Shown here piece by piece: positions 1 through 12,908 of a stretch of DNA of 64,000 nt. The notes below the pieces were generated by a model. That model was not told the origin of the DNA. It did no database searches and was given only the letters and a program-made list of their open reading frames with translations. Source of the stretch: Octopus vulgaris (taxonomy: Eukaryota); contig OX597817.1 of the NCBI GenBank assembly GCA_951406725.2, positions 27,652,001-27,716,000 of the forward strand. Direction: 5' to 3'. The translations under genes were made by a program, and so were the position numbers. Numbering within the stretch: position 1 is the stretch's first letter; every line of letters starts with the position of its first letter.

Positions 1-424
1 AAATATTTCGCACTTAAAATTATTTAGCACAGAAAATATACTAAAATAGACAGCAACAATCATTAAAGTATCGAGTCTGGTATACCTATATGCTTCTGTT
101 AACGTATGAGTGACAAAACTGATGTTTCATATTTTCTTATTCAGCCTTAAACAATTTTAGAATTTTTATTATACCCAATCAGACATGTTTCACGTATGAG
201 TTATTTTGTGACTAACATCGTTATCAGAAACATACGTTTTTTTCATTCGGTATCATAATGTATGTTTATACATATTTCGAAATGCACGAGCATCTCCTGT
301 TTTCACGTCACATATTTATCCAATATAAGTGTATAATAAGCATTTCATAAGGTCGTCTTCTTCATTGACTTCTAATTTTTATTTCAAATTAAACATTTTT
401 TTTTTTACTTCTATAAGCTTATTT

Positions 425-530
425 GCGATGGACCGGTGCCCCGTTCAGGTGAAGATCATATACGCCAATGAAACCGGAAAACCGGCCTTTATGAGCCAGG
501 CATGGCTCGAGAAGGAATAGAACAACAAAC
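425..530 (+). mobile_element. SINE family B, 3' tail fragment (tail type 3)
   Basis: gaaaccggaaaaccggcctttatgagccaggcatggctcgagaagg matches the reverse complement of the tail of the copy at 15632-15905. Confidence 0.7.
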
Positions 531-767
531 GAGCTTATTAACTGAAAGAGAGGTTTCCGTTCACTTTATCAATTTCCCTATGATTATGATGTGAAGATCA
601 TTTTTTTATGTTAGCCTTAGACACGGCTCTGATAATGTAATAAGTCAGAATTAAATTGTCACTTGACAGTCACATGCTTGTCAAAAAACGTTCACATATA
701 TTGCTCATTGTGTTTGAACTAATACGGTTAACTAACGCAGTCCAACTAACATCACCCGTCAAATACT

Positions 768-1619
768 GTTTCTTTGATTTGGAAAACATGCCATGACACA
801 GCGGGGACAGCACAAGGACAGACAGAACACCACAGTGGGAACAAAAAAAAACCATAAACCGAACGAAGGAAGGATGAATAAAATTAGTGGTGATGAAATG
901 GCTGCAGTAACATTTAAATGTTTTAAAACAGTTTTTAATCATTTTCCTTTGTCTTTTTTCCTTTTAGCATCTAATAAATTGTAATATCTTACTTTTTAGA
1001 AGTTCATGAATGGTTCTGAATCTGTGTACGCCACAGCAAGCGGTAATTCATCAAACTCCACCTCTACTCCTAATGGGTCTGTGTCGTTTCCTAACAAATC
1101 CCTCAGTTTTCCGTACCGCTCTCGGTCTATCACAATTTCTTTTACATTTTCTGTATACAGCTCTACTGCTAATCTTACCCTTATTACTGCCAAACCTTCT
1201 AAGGCCTCCACCTCGGCCTGTACACTGAGGCCCAGTGTCTAACCCTTCCACATCAACCCCTTCGTCTCTGTGGCCTGGAGAACGGCCACCTCCTCCATAA
1301 TCTTCTGGGATGGTGTGGTCCTCTTAACCATATCATCCATAATCTACTGCGGCGGTGACAACTCCACGCCACCACCCACTCCACATTCCATCCTCTGACA
1401 TTCCTCCATGTTTGATATGTCCATCTCCATCCTTAAAACCTTTGCTGCCTCCGCAACACTCCACCAAACAGGTGATTCTACTTCACGGCAGGAAATGCAG
1501 ATGTACGAAATGTGAATCCTGAATAATATACTCTTGGATGAAGGCGGCAGTATCCAATTTTGGGAGTGAAAATACCATGAAAAACTCTGAATTACTCTGT
1601 ACCTGAAACCTGAATTCAT
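768..1619 (-). pseudogene. Decayed ~207-codon ORF (two in-frame TAG stops) followed by a Tx1-like 3' tail; probably a non-autonomous retroelement
   Basis: ORFs 1344..1619 and 996..1211 share one frame and read through between them apart from two TAG codons. Downstream tail tctgtctgtccttgtgctgtccccgctgtgt...aaagaaac resembles the SINE-C and Tx1 tails. Confidence 0.45.
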
Positions 1620-1748
1620 AGATTTCTTATGTGTTTTAATATTTTAATGACTGATACATTTGTACATTTAGAAACTGATATACATCGATCCAAGACAGAA
1701 TATATGTTTATAGAAATTATTGAACCTATTTGAATTCTCCTTAACATT

Positions 1749-2054
1749 ATATATATATATATATAATATTAATTAGAGACAAAACCACTATTTTGCAAAA
1801 CAAACAAGGAAAGACTTAATCAATACATAAAATTTTAATAAAAAGTAAAAAATAAAAAATAAAAAGTAAAAATAAAAAATAAAAAATAAAAAATAAAAAA
1901 TTTTATGTATTGATTAAGTCTTTCCTTGTTTGTTTTGCAAAATAGTGGTTTTGTCTCTAATTAATATTATATAATATTTTACTATAAAATTGGATTTAAT
2001 CCTAAATCTGATTTTTTCCCTGTAAATTTGGATTTATTCCCTAATATTTATTAT

Positions 2055-2085
<31 letters not shown>
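1749..2085. repeat. Penelope-like terminal fragment with ~75-bp perfect inverted repeat, between (TA)n tracts
   Basis: 1761-1835 is the reverse complement of 1898-1972, with an A-rich spacer and (TA)n on both sides; the Penelope assignment is inferred from architecture. Confidence 0.7.
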
Positions 2086-2100
<15 letters not shown>

Positions 2101-2199
2101 ATTCCTTAAATCTTTAAATTGCTTCAGCTTTAAATCTGCGGCCATGCTGGGGCACCCCAGTTGGTTGTGCTACTCTATTATTTGAAGCCTTCTCTGACA

Positions 2200-2620
2200 T
2201 GTGGAATTTAGTAAACGGGGAAGTTTGATGCTGCTGCCCTCATCTGTGTTCCCTGCCGTGAAGTAGGCTCACCTGGAACCCTTGAGAGGAGGGGATTCAG
2301 TTTTGATTTGAAAACACCTACATCCACGCCATACAAGTCTGCCAGGCATTTTGGAAGGACATTGAAGAGCTGTGGGCCCTTGAAACCCAAGTTGCTGCTG
2401 TATCTAGTCCCATATGTTAATGGTTATGCTGGGAACTTTGGCATTATGTAGTGGCACTCCGTTCTTTATGTAACTTTCAATGCCAAAGTTTGGTACAAGG
2501 CCATCAAGGATTTTCCAGATGTATATCACTGCATATCTTTCCCGCCTTCGCTCAAGGGAGAAGAATTTAAATCTTTCAACCTTTACCAGTAGCTGATATG
2601 TTGTATTGAGACGACATTCT
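2200..2620 (-). mobile_element. CR1-group (CR1/L2/Crack-like) LINE, ORF2 3' fragment
   Basis: SLERRRERYAVIYIWKILDGLVPN and GFKGPQLFNVLPKCL..L.GVDVGVFKSKL are typical post-RT motifs. Confidence 0.8.
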
Positions 2621-3003
2621 TTGTATAGCTTCGTTGGATTGCTTCGAGTTCCACCTTTAATTTTATGCTGTGTTAGGACTATAGTTAGTGGTGGTAGTCC
2701 AAGTAGCTTAGGACGCATGCCTCCCAAAGGACCATCATACCATCATAGTTTTCTTTTCTGTCGTTTTGAAAGTTCAAAGAATCCATCTGTTTGCATTTTA
2801 TTACCATTTTATAATATGCAGAAAATAAGACGACAAATGAATTAACGATTATGTTATGAAATTAATTACCTTACAGCTGTTTCTACAAAATGCATATTCA
2901 GTTCTACGCCAGGTTAGTAGTCGCGGAATGCTTATCTATCTATCTATCTATCTTTTTATTTATCCCTCTCTCTATCTCTCTCTAATAAATGTGCGTATCA
3001 TAT

Positions 3004-3530
3004 TATAGATGTTTTCGATCTAGTTTGGATTCTTTGCCATCAAATTTGAATTTTTCAATTGGTGGTCAAGCCTTGGAAAAAAAAAGAGAGTTAAACTACA
3101 TCAGCCGTAAGAGAATACATGGTCTATCTTATCTAACTCGTCCAGTAGAGTCCACCAACTGATATCTGAAAAGTTCGATGAAATAACTCATGAACACTGC
3201 GATAGCTTCTACCAAAAGATGTTCTGTTACGACATCCGGTCTGAACAAGGGGAGATAATAAACGAATGATTATTTTTCTATTATCTCCCCTTGTTCAGAC
3301 CGGTCGTCGTAACGGAGCATCTTTTGGTAGAAGCTATCGCAGTGTTCATGAGTTATTTCATCGAACTTTTCAGATATCAATTGGTGGGCTCTACTGGACG
3401 AGTTAGATAAGATAGACATGTATTCCCTCACGGCTGATGTAGTTTAACTCTCTTTTTTTCAAGGCTTGAGCACCAATTGAAAAATTCAAATTTGAAGGCA
3501 AAGAATCCAAATTAGATCGAAAACATCTAT
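3004..3530. repeat. Long palindrome (foldback), ~255-bp arms, 18-bp spacer
   Basis: 3004-3260 is the reverse complement of 3279-3530 with scattered mismatches. Confidence 0.9.
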
Positions 3531-3541
3531 ATATAATATTA

Positions 3542-3665
3542 GGCGCGACTTTGTGGTAAGAAGCTTGCTTGCTAGCCACATGGTTCCAGGTTCCGACCCA
3601 ATGCGTGCCAACTAGGGTCGGAACCATAGTGTCTTTTACTATTGCCTGGAAGAAGCCCGTCATAT
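3542..3665 (+). mobile_element. Diverged SINE family A head with internal micro-inversion
   Basis: gtggtaagaagcttgctt...ccacatggttcc...gaagcccgtc; ggttccgaccc/gggtcggaacc hairpin. Confidence 0.6.
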
Positions 3666-3710
3666 GTATATATGTGTGTGTGTTTGTGTGTGTGTATATA
3701 TGTGTTTGTG

Positions 3711-3741
<31 letters not shown>

Positions 3742-4859
3742 GCGTCTGTTGTATGCGGATCTGATCTATGTGTTTCTATGCGTTTTCAATATATTTATAT
3801 ACATACTGCAACACAATCCCGACATAACATGACAAGAACGAAAAAAAATCACCAGAGGAAATTGCGACAGTACTAAAATCAGATGTGTATACAGCATATA
3901 TTTTCTACAGCTCCTGGAAAGCTACTTAATATTCATTGCACATCTGTTACTTTTTTTGAAATGCGTATAGGAGCCATACTTCAATTAATTGACCATTGCA
4001 GAAGCAATGAGAAGTTCTTTTGCAATTTAAGTACAAGAAAAATTTAAAAGACAAAGGAGATAATTATTACAATAATATGTCCATGTTATTTGAATTATAT
4101 TAATGATTTTAAGTATCTAATTATATATAAGTCTGCTTATGTAGAGATACCTGTATTTATTTACCACGGTATTTGTTGGCTGATATGCTGAAAAATTACT
4201 GGTGATAATATATACCTACATTCGTACATACACACACATACAGACATGCATGGAATAGAACACGAATGGGTTAAAGGTTCACTACAACTGTTTCAGACGT
4301 ATTTTATATATTTTTGATCGATGAATATTTCGATTACATCGTGTATATATATATATATATATATTCAAATGGACGCGCATGCTAAACGTACCTGATTTCT
4401 TGTATCTTGGCAAATGAATGAATGAAATTTCTCGCGTTAAAGTAACTCTGATTGCTGTACAAGGAGAAATTTTCATGAATACCTTTGCAAAAAGATCTGT
4501 TAAAGTGAATGTTGTGCACACTAAAATACTCGTACTTGATAATCGACGATCGAATAAACTAACCCTTTATTCTGTAAAATCTAGCCACACCAATCTCGAC
4601 AAAACCCATTTACGTGGCTTGGGACCCACTCGTAATATAGCAATACCTTTTGCCAAACTTGGATGAGGAACTCTGTTGGGTTTAATAGGCTGCTCACCAT
4701 AAGTAGCTTTACTTAAAATTCTTAGCCTTGTGTGTGTGTATGTGAGGGAGAGAGAGAGAGAGATAGAGAAAGGGGGGGTGCCTCAGCATCAAACATTATA
4801 CTGCATATTATATCGAAAATTATAATGTAAACATCTGAACTTTGTGACTAAGAGAGAGA

Positions 4860-5989
4860 GAGAGGGAGGTGAATGAGCATCGAACATTATACTGTGTGTT
4901 ACATCGAACATTATACTGTAAACATCTCAATTTTTTGTACGGAAATAAAGTGAAAGTGGGAATAGCGTATTTATTGACGAACATGGGACATTTAAATTGC
5001 ACATGTGAGCTGAGAAACCCTTCGTTTGTAGTAGCACTAGGCATAATGTACGTTTTGATAACTAGCAAACAACATGCTGTTATTGAGTTTTTCACGAATG
5101 GAAAAGGCGCACTGTTCGACACCTGGAGAAAGCTGCAGGCTCTAGAGGGAGATGACACCACTAGCAAGAGCAACGTGCACTAATGGATGGATAAGTTTGG
5201 AGAAGAGAAAACTTGCATTACCACGAGCTGGGAAGGCATCACCTGCGATCGCCGTTTCGAATCACCAGCGAGTAAACGGATTGATTCGAGCAGACAGAAA
5301 AATCACAATCGTTAGGGCCAACTGCATCATTGCACTGTGGACACAATGCTTTACAGAAGAAAGCAGAAAACTTTTGGTATTTGAAAAGTGTGTGCAAAAT
5401 CGGCATCTCAGATTTTAGAGTCGATTTGAAGGAGAGCAGAGTGGAAGTCTGCTTTGATTTATTGGTAGTCTTTAAGTCATTTTTCCCATCAGATGACAAA
5501 GAAAGAAAATTTGGTGCATATTTATGATCCGAAAACGAAGATTCAGTCCACGTAATGCTGTCACTCTTCATCAAAGATAATATTTTGAAATGCCTGCAAT
5601 CGACACAGGTATGATGATTCTTTATTTTCTAGAAAGTGGACGTATTGCGAATAATGAGTTGTATCTTGAGCATGTCAATGTTTGCAGCGCGGTCTTAGAG
5701 CCCCTCGCTTACACCTGCTTGTTCCAATGAAGATCAGTCTTTGGACACAATTTGATGAATCTGACAATGGGAAAATTACTGTGAAGAAGTACGCTTAAAT
5801 TTTTTAATAAGGATTCGCAAATTCGGTTCAATGATGGCACAAATGCCACACTTGTAATTACGTATGTGTTTAATAGTATTGTCGTATAAAGGAATAGTTA
5901 CTCTATCTACCTATGCAATTCGAACGAACGATGTCAGTTAAGGACATAATTATACTCACTATTGATTCACATTCGGTAGAGCCCTCGTA
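4860..5989 (+). mobile_element. Decayed mariner (Tc1/mariner) transposon
   Basis: KQHAVIEFF N-terminus, LIRADRKITI helix-turn-helix region, KVCAK (degenerate KVCARWVP); right end gccctcgTA like a mariner TIR plus TA; left boundary approximate. Confidence 0.65.
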
Positions 5990-6539
5990 TATGTTTGTAG
6001 GTCATATTTCCATTTTCATAATTCAGAACACATGTAAATAAATATACAGACACACATACAACGCATACATATGCATATAAAGACATTCATACAGATATAT
6101 ATGCATATACAAACACACACACGGCATCTTCATTAGATTAACCTATTTGCCAATTATAAATCATATAAAAACATTTCATCATTTAGAACCTTTTTCTTGC
6201 ATGTATATTTCTTTCTTTTCCCATATTTCAAAATATCTTAAATTTTTATGGAATTTTTCTGCTTCATGTCAATAACTGATAACAATAACAAAACTAAGTA
6301 AAATACAATTTAACTCGGGAATGCCTTTCGGAAATATAGCAATATTATCGAGAAAGAATGCTCAAAGATGAGAAGTTTCATAATATGTAAGAAAACATAT
6401 GGTGGTGGTAACGGCCGTAACGATGGTGGTGGTAGTGAAACACTTCATTTCACGTGGCAAAAGACTCCATGTGACGATGCTCAGCTGTGAATGAGTAACT
6501 TTGCGACGGAATAGTCTTCCGATCAGGAGGAGTGCTAGC

Positions 6540-6650
6540 CTACTCGGTTAGCCGGCGGGGTGGCATTATTCAAAAGATAAGACGATGTCAAGAGCATTAG
6601 TACCAGCGATGTATAACAGCATCTGATAATCTAGTCGGGACCATGATACC
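6540..6650 (+). mobile_element. SINE family B, diverged tail fragment (tail type 1)
   Basis: ttagccggcggggtggc...ccagcgatgtataacagcatctgat resembles the tails at 35918 and 52805. Confidence 0.55.
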
Positions 6651-7013
6651 GCGATACATGCTTCATAACGTCAGAGAATAGTTCAAGTCGAACTACGACA
6701 AATATTCTATATTGCTTAAATATGACCCAAAATAGCATGACTCTTCCAGCTTAGTATCAGTGATTGCAAAATTACGTTTATTAATACACTAATCTTTATA
6801 TAGAAACATTTTTAGTTGACACGTTCTATTTACTTACTACAGGGCATTCGCAGTTCATTGCATGAGAAGTAGTATCCTAAATTCGAAACTGATTACGTTA
6901 AACAACTAGTCATTGTATTTCTTACTAGACATGGTCAAATAAAGCCTAGTAAGAAATGGTAACCCAATGACTTGATAGCACATTTCATGCGATTCTCATT
7001 CTACTGGATGTTT

Positions 7014-7669
7014 AAGGCGGCGAGCTGGCAGAAACGTTAACACACCGGGCGAAATGCTTAGCTGTATTCGGTTTGCTGCTACGTTCTGAGTTCAACTTCC
7101 GCCGAGGTCGACTTTGCCTTTCATCCTTTCTGGGTCGATTAAATAAGTACCAGATACGCAATGGGGTCGATATAATCGACTTAATCTGTTTGTCTGTCCT
7201 TGTTTGTCTCCTCAATGTTTAGCCCTTTGTGGGCAATAAAGAAATAAGAAACGTTAGCACGCTGGGCTAAATGCTTAGCGGTATTCCTTCTGTCGCTGGC
7301 AGAAACGTTAGCACGCCGGACGAAATGCTTAGCGGTGTTTCGTCAGCCGCTACGTTCTGAGTTCAAATTCCATCGAGGTCGACTTTGCCTTTCATCCTTT
7401 CAGGGTCGATAAAATAAGTACCAGTTACGCACTGGGGTCTATATAATCGACTTAATTCGTTTGTCCTCTCTGTGTTTAGCCCCTTGTGGGTAGTAAAGAA
7501 ATAGGTATTCCTTCTGTCTTTATGTTCTGAGTTCAAATTCCACCGAGTTCTACTTTGCCTTTCATCCTTTCGGGGTCGATAAATTAAGTACCTGTTGCGT
7601 ACAGGGGTCGATCTAATCGACAGGCTCCCTCCCCCAAAATCTTCGGGCCTTGTGCTTAGAGTAGAAAGG
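7014..7669 (+). mobile_element. Nested cluster of three SINE family C copies
   Basis: Repeated head gctggcagaaacgttagcacg and core gtcgactttgcctttcatcctttcggggtcgataa (resembles the Nin/Deu SINE domain). Outer TSD attctactgg at 6998 and 7670; inner TSD ggtattccttctgtc at 7280 and 7504. Confidence 0.85.
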
Positions 7670-8263
7670 ATTCTACTGGTTGATTATCTGTTAGGGATTG
7701 TTTTATAGATATTAAACATCCTATCTGGCAATGTTTGGATTCAAGGAAACTAAATTGCTTATCAGTGCTGAGATTGAGCAATTCGTAGAAAGAAAAGCAT
7801 TCATTTCAGATTTAATAAACTTAACGTATATTTAAAATTCGATAGAACAAATATATTAAACTATAAAATTATTTGAATTACACTCGATAGAAGTACGGAG
7901 GTTAATTGAAAAGTAATCGCTATAGTATTGTATTTGAAGAAGATTGTGTTGTTCTCCACCAACCAACCAAATGCGAGTGCAGTAGGAGGAGAGGAAGGAA
8001 TTATCCTAAGATAGTAAATCTCGGAATAATGCTTTGAAATCTGTAAAACTGCAATCCAGAGTCCTAGTGATGGCGACAAACCGAGCAGTGGATTAATCTA
8101 CCAAGTACAGAGAATGTGAGATAAATAATAAAGAATATTAATGACAAAGTTTAAAATAGGTTTCAGCCGTTCTCTCTTAGAGCAAATCTGATTTGACGTC
8201 GAGTACAATGCCCTTTTGAATTAGCGCCGGAAAAAGCCTGTCACGGTGCAGCCTCTATGCTCT

Positions 8264-8473
8264 CCCTTTTGATACCAACCCGGCTCTGGCTCTCAGTACA
8301 AATGTCTTGTTTTCATAAGTTTTGAATTAAAATCTTTCACCAAACCTTAGTCACAATTTATGTTCCTAACACTAACTTAATGATAACCAAGTTATTTTAC
8401 TAAATTCTTTGTAATATTTAAAATAATTGAAAGGAACACAGAGCATCTCAAAATAAATGCAGTAACGAAAGGG
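8264..8473. mobile_element. piggyBac-like MITE
   Basis: Ends cccttttgatac / gtaacgaaaggg followed by TTAA on the right; left TTAA is lost. Confidence 0.6.
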
Positions 8474-8771
8474 TTAAGAGGAACTTATGGCTTGTGATTT
8501 ACAGAAAACATGAACGTTGGCAAAAATATTATTGCAAGTACAGTAGAATTCTTAGACGAAGAACTATGTGTAAAGATATTGACTCAATAATTCAAGTATG
8601 ATGCTTCTTCCCCCATATTCTAATAATTGTGAAATCTCACAAAGTGTATTCTGGTTAATTATTTGTTTTAGTCATGGTAAAGTTGATATTTCCTATTAGC
8701 AGAGACTGTAAAGTATCGGCGTGAGAAAGCAAACTATGTCCGCGCGAGTCTTTCATTTTGTGTGTGTGTGT

Positions 8772-8818
<47 letters not shown>

Positions 8819-9149
8819 CATACATGTTTGTGAGCATGTATAGAGAGGGAGAAGAGGAGACTGATAGATACATAAACAAGTGCATGCTGGCTTCTTTACA
8901 GCTGTGTGTGAACATGTAAGCTCGTGTAAAGTTGTTGTGCATTTATGTGTGTGTATGCGCACGCGTGCGTTTATGTGTTTGGGTGGTAGTAAAATACTTT
9001 GCAAAGTAAGGTGTTACCAAAGAGAAAGATTTCGCTTTTTGCTTGCTCTACATTTCCTTTTATGCATTATTCTAATTATTGCCAGTCGTTCTTATAACTC
9101 GAAATTGGTCCTGTACTATACTAACAGCGTCCGATTCTAACATTATATA

Positions 9150-9557
9150 GGCGCAGGAGTGGCTGTGTGGTAAGTAGCTTGCTTACCAACCACATGGTTC
9201 AGTCCCACTGCGTGGCACCTTGGCAAGTGTTTTCTACTATAGCCTCGGGCCGACCAAAGCCTTGTGAGTGAATTTGGTAGACGGAAACTGAAAGAAGCTC
9301 GTCGTATATATGTATATATACGTATACATGTGTGCGTATATGTTTGTGTGTCTGTGTTTGTCCCCCTAGCATTGCTTGACAACCGATGCTGGTGTGTTTA
9401 TGTCCCCGTCACTTAGCGGTTCGGCAAAAGAGACCGATAGAATAAGTACTGGGCTTACAAAGATTAAGTCCAGGGGTCGAGTTGCTCGATTAAAGGCGGT
9501 GCTCCAGTATGGCCGCAGTCAAATGACTGAAACAAGTAAAAGAGAGATAAAAGAGAG
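9150..9557 (+). mobile_element. SINE family A (tRNA-derived, CORE-like centre, internal TA/TG tract)
   Basis: ggcgcaggagtggctgtgtggtaag head; caccttggcaagtgt; tail aaatgactgaaacaagtaaaagag; about 10 near-identical copies in the window. Confidence 0.9.
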
Positions 9558-9603
9558 ATTCGTATACATATAAATACATACATACACACAAACGCGCACA
9601 CAC

Positions 9604-9661
<58 letters not shown>

Positions 9662-9820
9662 ATGCTTTGCTTGGTATTTATTATTTTATCATTATTGTAT
9701 ATGTTCATATATATGTATATAAAGATATGTATGGAAATAATTTATCTTCAAACGTAGAATAATGCAGAACAGCATGAATAGGATTGTAATCCATATATTG
9801 CAAAAAAAAAATGTGTCACC

Positions 9821-9892
9821 GGCCAGCCATGAAACTTGAACTCACATCTCTGTGATTACAAGTCAAGTGCTTTACCATTAAGCTAAACTGCC
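9821..9892 (-). pseudogene. tRNA-Thr(UGU)-like pseudogene or isolated SINE head
   Basis: GGCAGTT TAGCTTAATGGTAAAGC A CTTGA CT-TGT-AA TCACA...GTGAG TTCAAGT TTCAT GGCTGGC; acceptor and anticodon stems have mismatches. Confidence 0.6.
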
Positions 9893-9936
9893 CACTGACA
9901 AATTTACATCTGCATAAACACGCACTCACACACACA

Positions 9937-10101
9937 CATACATACATACATACATACATACATACATACATCCATACATACATACATACATACATACATA
10001 CATACATACATACATACATACATACATACATACATACATACATACATACATACATACATACATACATACATACATACATACATACATACATACATACATA
10101 C
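9937..10101. repeat. (CATA)n microsatellite
   Basis: about 40 units read directly. Confidence 0.95.
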
Positions 10102-10973
10102 ACGCACGCACGCTCGTATGTATGGACACATGTCGATGTTTACGTGTATAATTGTTTTTTTACGGAAATAGAATTCGTTCATAATTTTTAAGTCTTTTTT
10201 AAAAAAGTTTTTGATATTTATGGCATCGAAAACAAACCTGTCTGGGGTTTTAGATATTTAATATAAATCAGAATGATAAGATACAAATTCATAATCGTGT
10301 TGATAGTTCCAACTTTGCCATTTATAATCAGGGCGTTATTGTTCTGCGTAGTTTCTCATTCATAAATATATGGCTCGATGTCTGTCAGGCAATTGAAATA
10401 AACAGGCATGAGATGTTTGTAAAAATAGAACTTCGTCTCTGTGCACAACTAGGCTAAAGGTTATTATCTGAAAATGAAAATAACTAATTGAATTTATCAG
10501 GTAATATATAAGGTGAATATATTCATTATTGCTGAAATGGGATTCTGCAAGTGCTGATAATTGAGAAATTAGCACTTAGTTCGTCTGCATTCGCTGATGC
10601 TATACACATGTACATTTTCAGAATATAAGAGAAACCCTCGTTGAGAAACCCAAATAAGTTGGAAGCATTCAGTATTCACACACACACACACTGGATGTTT
10701 ATAGCCGTAGTATTTCTACATAAACACATTTTACCATTTTGTGAAGCGTGATCCTTGAAAATATTCATAAAGACACAAACACGAGGCAAAATTAGTAACA
10801 AGTTTCATGTTACGCAAATTATAATGATCGTGATGTTGATGACGTCACATCAATGGCGACGACGATGACGGGGAAAAGGGAGGAAGAAAAAGAAGCTCTG
10901 GGTGAGTGTGTGTGCGTTTGTGTGTGTGTGTGTGTGTGTGTGCGTGTGTATATATGTATGTATGCATGTATAT

Positions 10974-11075
10974 CATCGTTCAGGTTTATTTCAAGATTGC
11001 TTGCCAACAGAGAAGAAAACCGGTTTTAACCTCGATCCAAGGTTCCTTTATCGGAATTTTAACATCAACAACATG
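10974..11075 (-). mobile_element. R4/Dong-like LINE, extreme 3' end (~100 bp) within (CATA)n
   Basis: Reverse complement tgttgttgatgttaaaattcc...ggaaccttggatc...cttgaaataaacctgaac matches the tails at 32285-32383 and 38675-38773. Confidence 0.75.
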
Positions 11076-11144
11076 GTATGTATGTATGTATGTATGTATG
11101 TATTTATGTATGTATGTATGTATGTATGAAGGTATATCAATATA

Positions 11145-11543
11145 GGCGCAGGAGTTGCTGTGTGGTAAGTAGCTTGCTTACGAACCACATGGTTCCGGGT
11201 TCATTCCCACTGGGTGGCACCTTGGGTAAGTGACTTCTACTATAGCCTCGGGCCTACCAAAGCCTTGTGAGTGGATTTGGTAGACAGAAACTGAAAGAAG
11301 CCCGTCGTGTATATGTATATATATGTGTGTGTGTGTCTGTCTTTGTACCCCCAACAACGCTTGACAACCGATGCTGGTGTATTAACGTCCCCGTAACTTA
11401 GCAGTTCGGCAAAAGAGACCGATAGAATAAGTACTAGGTTTCCAAATAATAAGTCCTGGGGTCGATTTGCTCGACTAAAAGCGGTGCTCCAGCATGGCCG
11501 CAGTCAACTAATTGAAACAAGTAAAAATAAAAGAGTAAAAGAG
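11145..11543 (+). mobile_element. SINE family A
   Basis: Full-length match to the family. Confidence 0.9.
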
Positions 11544-11856
11544 ATTATAGATGAAGACAGAAAATTCAATTCTATTATACATTCTTACCGAAGCCACAGG
11601 TGATTTGGTTATAAATTCTCCGCAAAGTAAATGTCTGATACACGTTCGACTCTGCTAAACCACTGGCTTTGAGATTATTGAATAGTGTTAATAAATAATA
11701 TACATAAATAAAAACCACAAACTACTTTTTTGTGTCCTTGTTCAAATAGTTTCATCTTTAGTTAGTAATTACCGAACCGTGATTTTATTTTTGATTTTAG
11801 AGATAAATATATAAAAAGCACATCAAAGTGAAATAAATCTCAGTATTAGTACCAAA

Positions 11857-12075
11857 AGACGGTGAACTCACAGAATAGTTACTCTACCGAACACAGTGCT
11901 TAGCAGCGTTTGATCCCGTTTTACGTTCTGAGTTCAAATTTCACCAAAGACGACTTTGACTTTTCATTCTTTCACGCACGACAAAATAAGTCTCAGTTGA
12001 ACATTGGAGTTCATGCAATCAACTTACGACATCCCCTCAAAATTGCTGGGGTTTTTTTCTGACAAAATTTGAAAT
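11857..12075 (+). mobile_element. SINE family C, old diverged copy
   Basis: tacgttctgagttcaaatt...cgactttg...ttcattcttt...cccctcaaaattgctgg. Confidence 0.6.
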
Positions 12076-12210
12076 GATATAAGATATCAATATATCGCAA
12101 CTGTAAATATTAGTTAATGCTATAATGTATACATATATTTACGTAGGCATGCATGAACGTAAGTATACACACACACACACAAACACAGACATTCACGCGC
12201 GCATACGTAC

Positions 12211-12242
<32 letters not shown>

Positions 12243-12246
12243 TTGT

Positions 12247-12711
12247 GGAGGTGCAACAATGGCCCAGTGGTTAGTACAGCGGACTCACGGTCGTAGGTTA
12301 GCGGTTTCGATTCCCAGACCGGGCATTTGAGTGTTTATTGAGCGAAAATACATAAAGCTCCACGATACTCCGGCAGGGGTGGTAGGGAACCCCGCTATAC
12401 TCTTTCACAACAGCTTTCTCTCACTCTTTCTTCCTGTTTCTGCCTTGTCAAACTCTGTGTCACTCTGAATGTCCCCGAGAACTACGTCTGTGGAGTGTTC
12501 AGCCACTTGCACGTTAATAAATGAGCTGCGATGTCACTGGTGCCAAGCTGTATTAGTCTTTGCCTTTCCCTTGGATAACATTGGTGGCATGGAGAGGGGA
12601 GGCTGGTATGCGTGGGCGACTGCTGGTCTTCCATAAACAATCTTACCCAGACTTGTGCCTCGGATGGTAACTTTCTAGGTGCAATCCTATGGTCATTCAT
12701 GACCGGAGGGG
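12247..12711 (+). mobile_element. SINE family B (tRNA-like head) with tail type 2
   Basis: ggaggtgcaa..tggcccagtggttag...ggtttcgattccc head; tail gtcactggtgccaagctgtat...ggtcattcatgacc shared with the copy at 57903. Confidence 0.85.
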
Positions 12712-12908
12712 GAATTACAGTATATATATATATATATAACATAAGGGACTAAAGCCATCTGAATATGGCTAGGGACAGGGCAGGGTGGTGGGGGTGTTAC
12801 TGTTGCATTTAGCCCCAGGCGAACATCGACGTCGCCAGATAGGCCCGACACCGTCACGGTGTCCTTTAACCTGCAAAGGGAGATAATTCCCCGATGAAGC
12901 GGAAACCA

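Noticed and set aside
2866-2915. Minus-strand GAAACAGCTGTA (palindromic stem III)
   Set aside because: The 5' half of the core is too degenerate to call.
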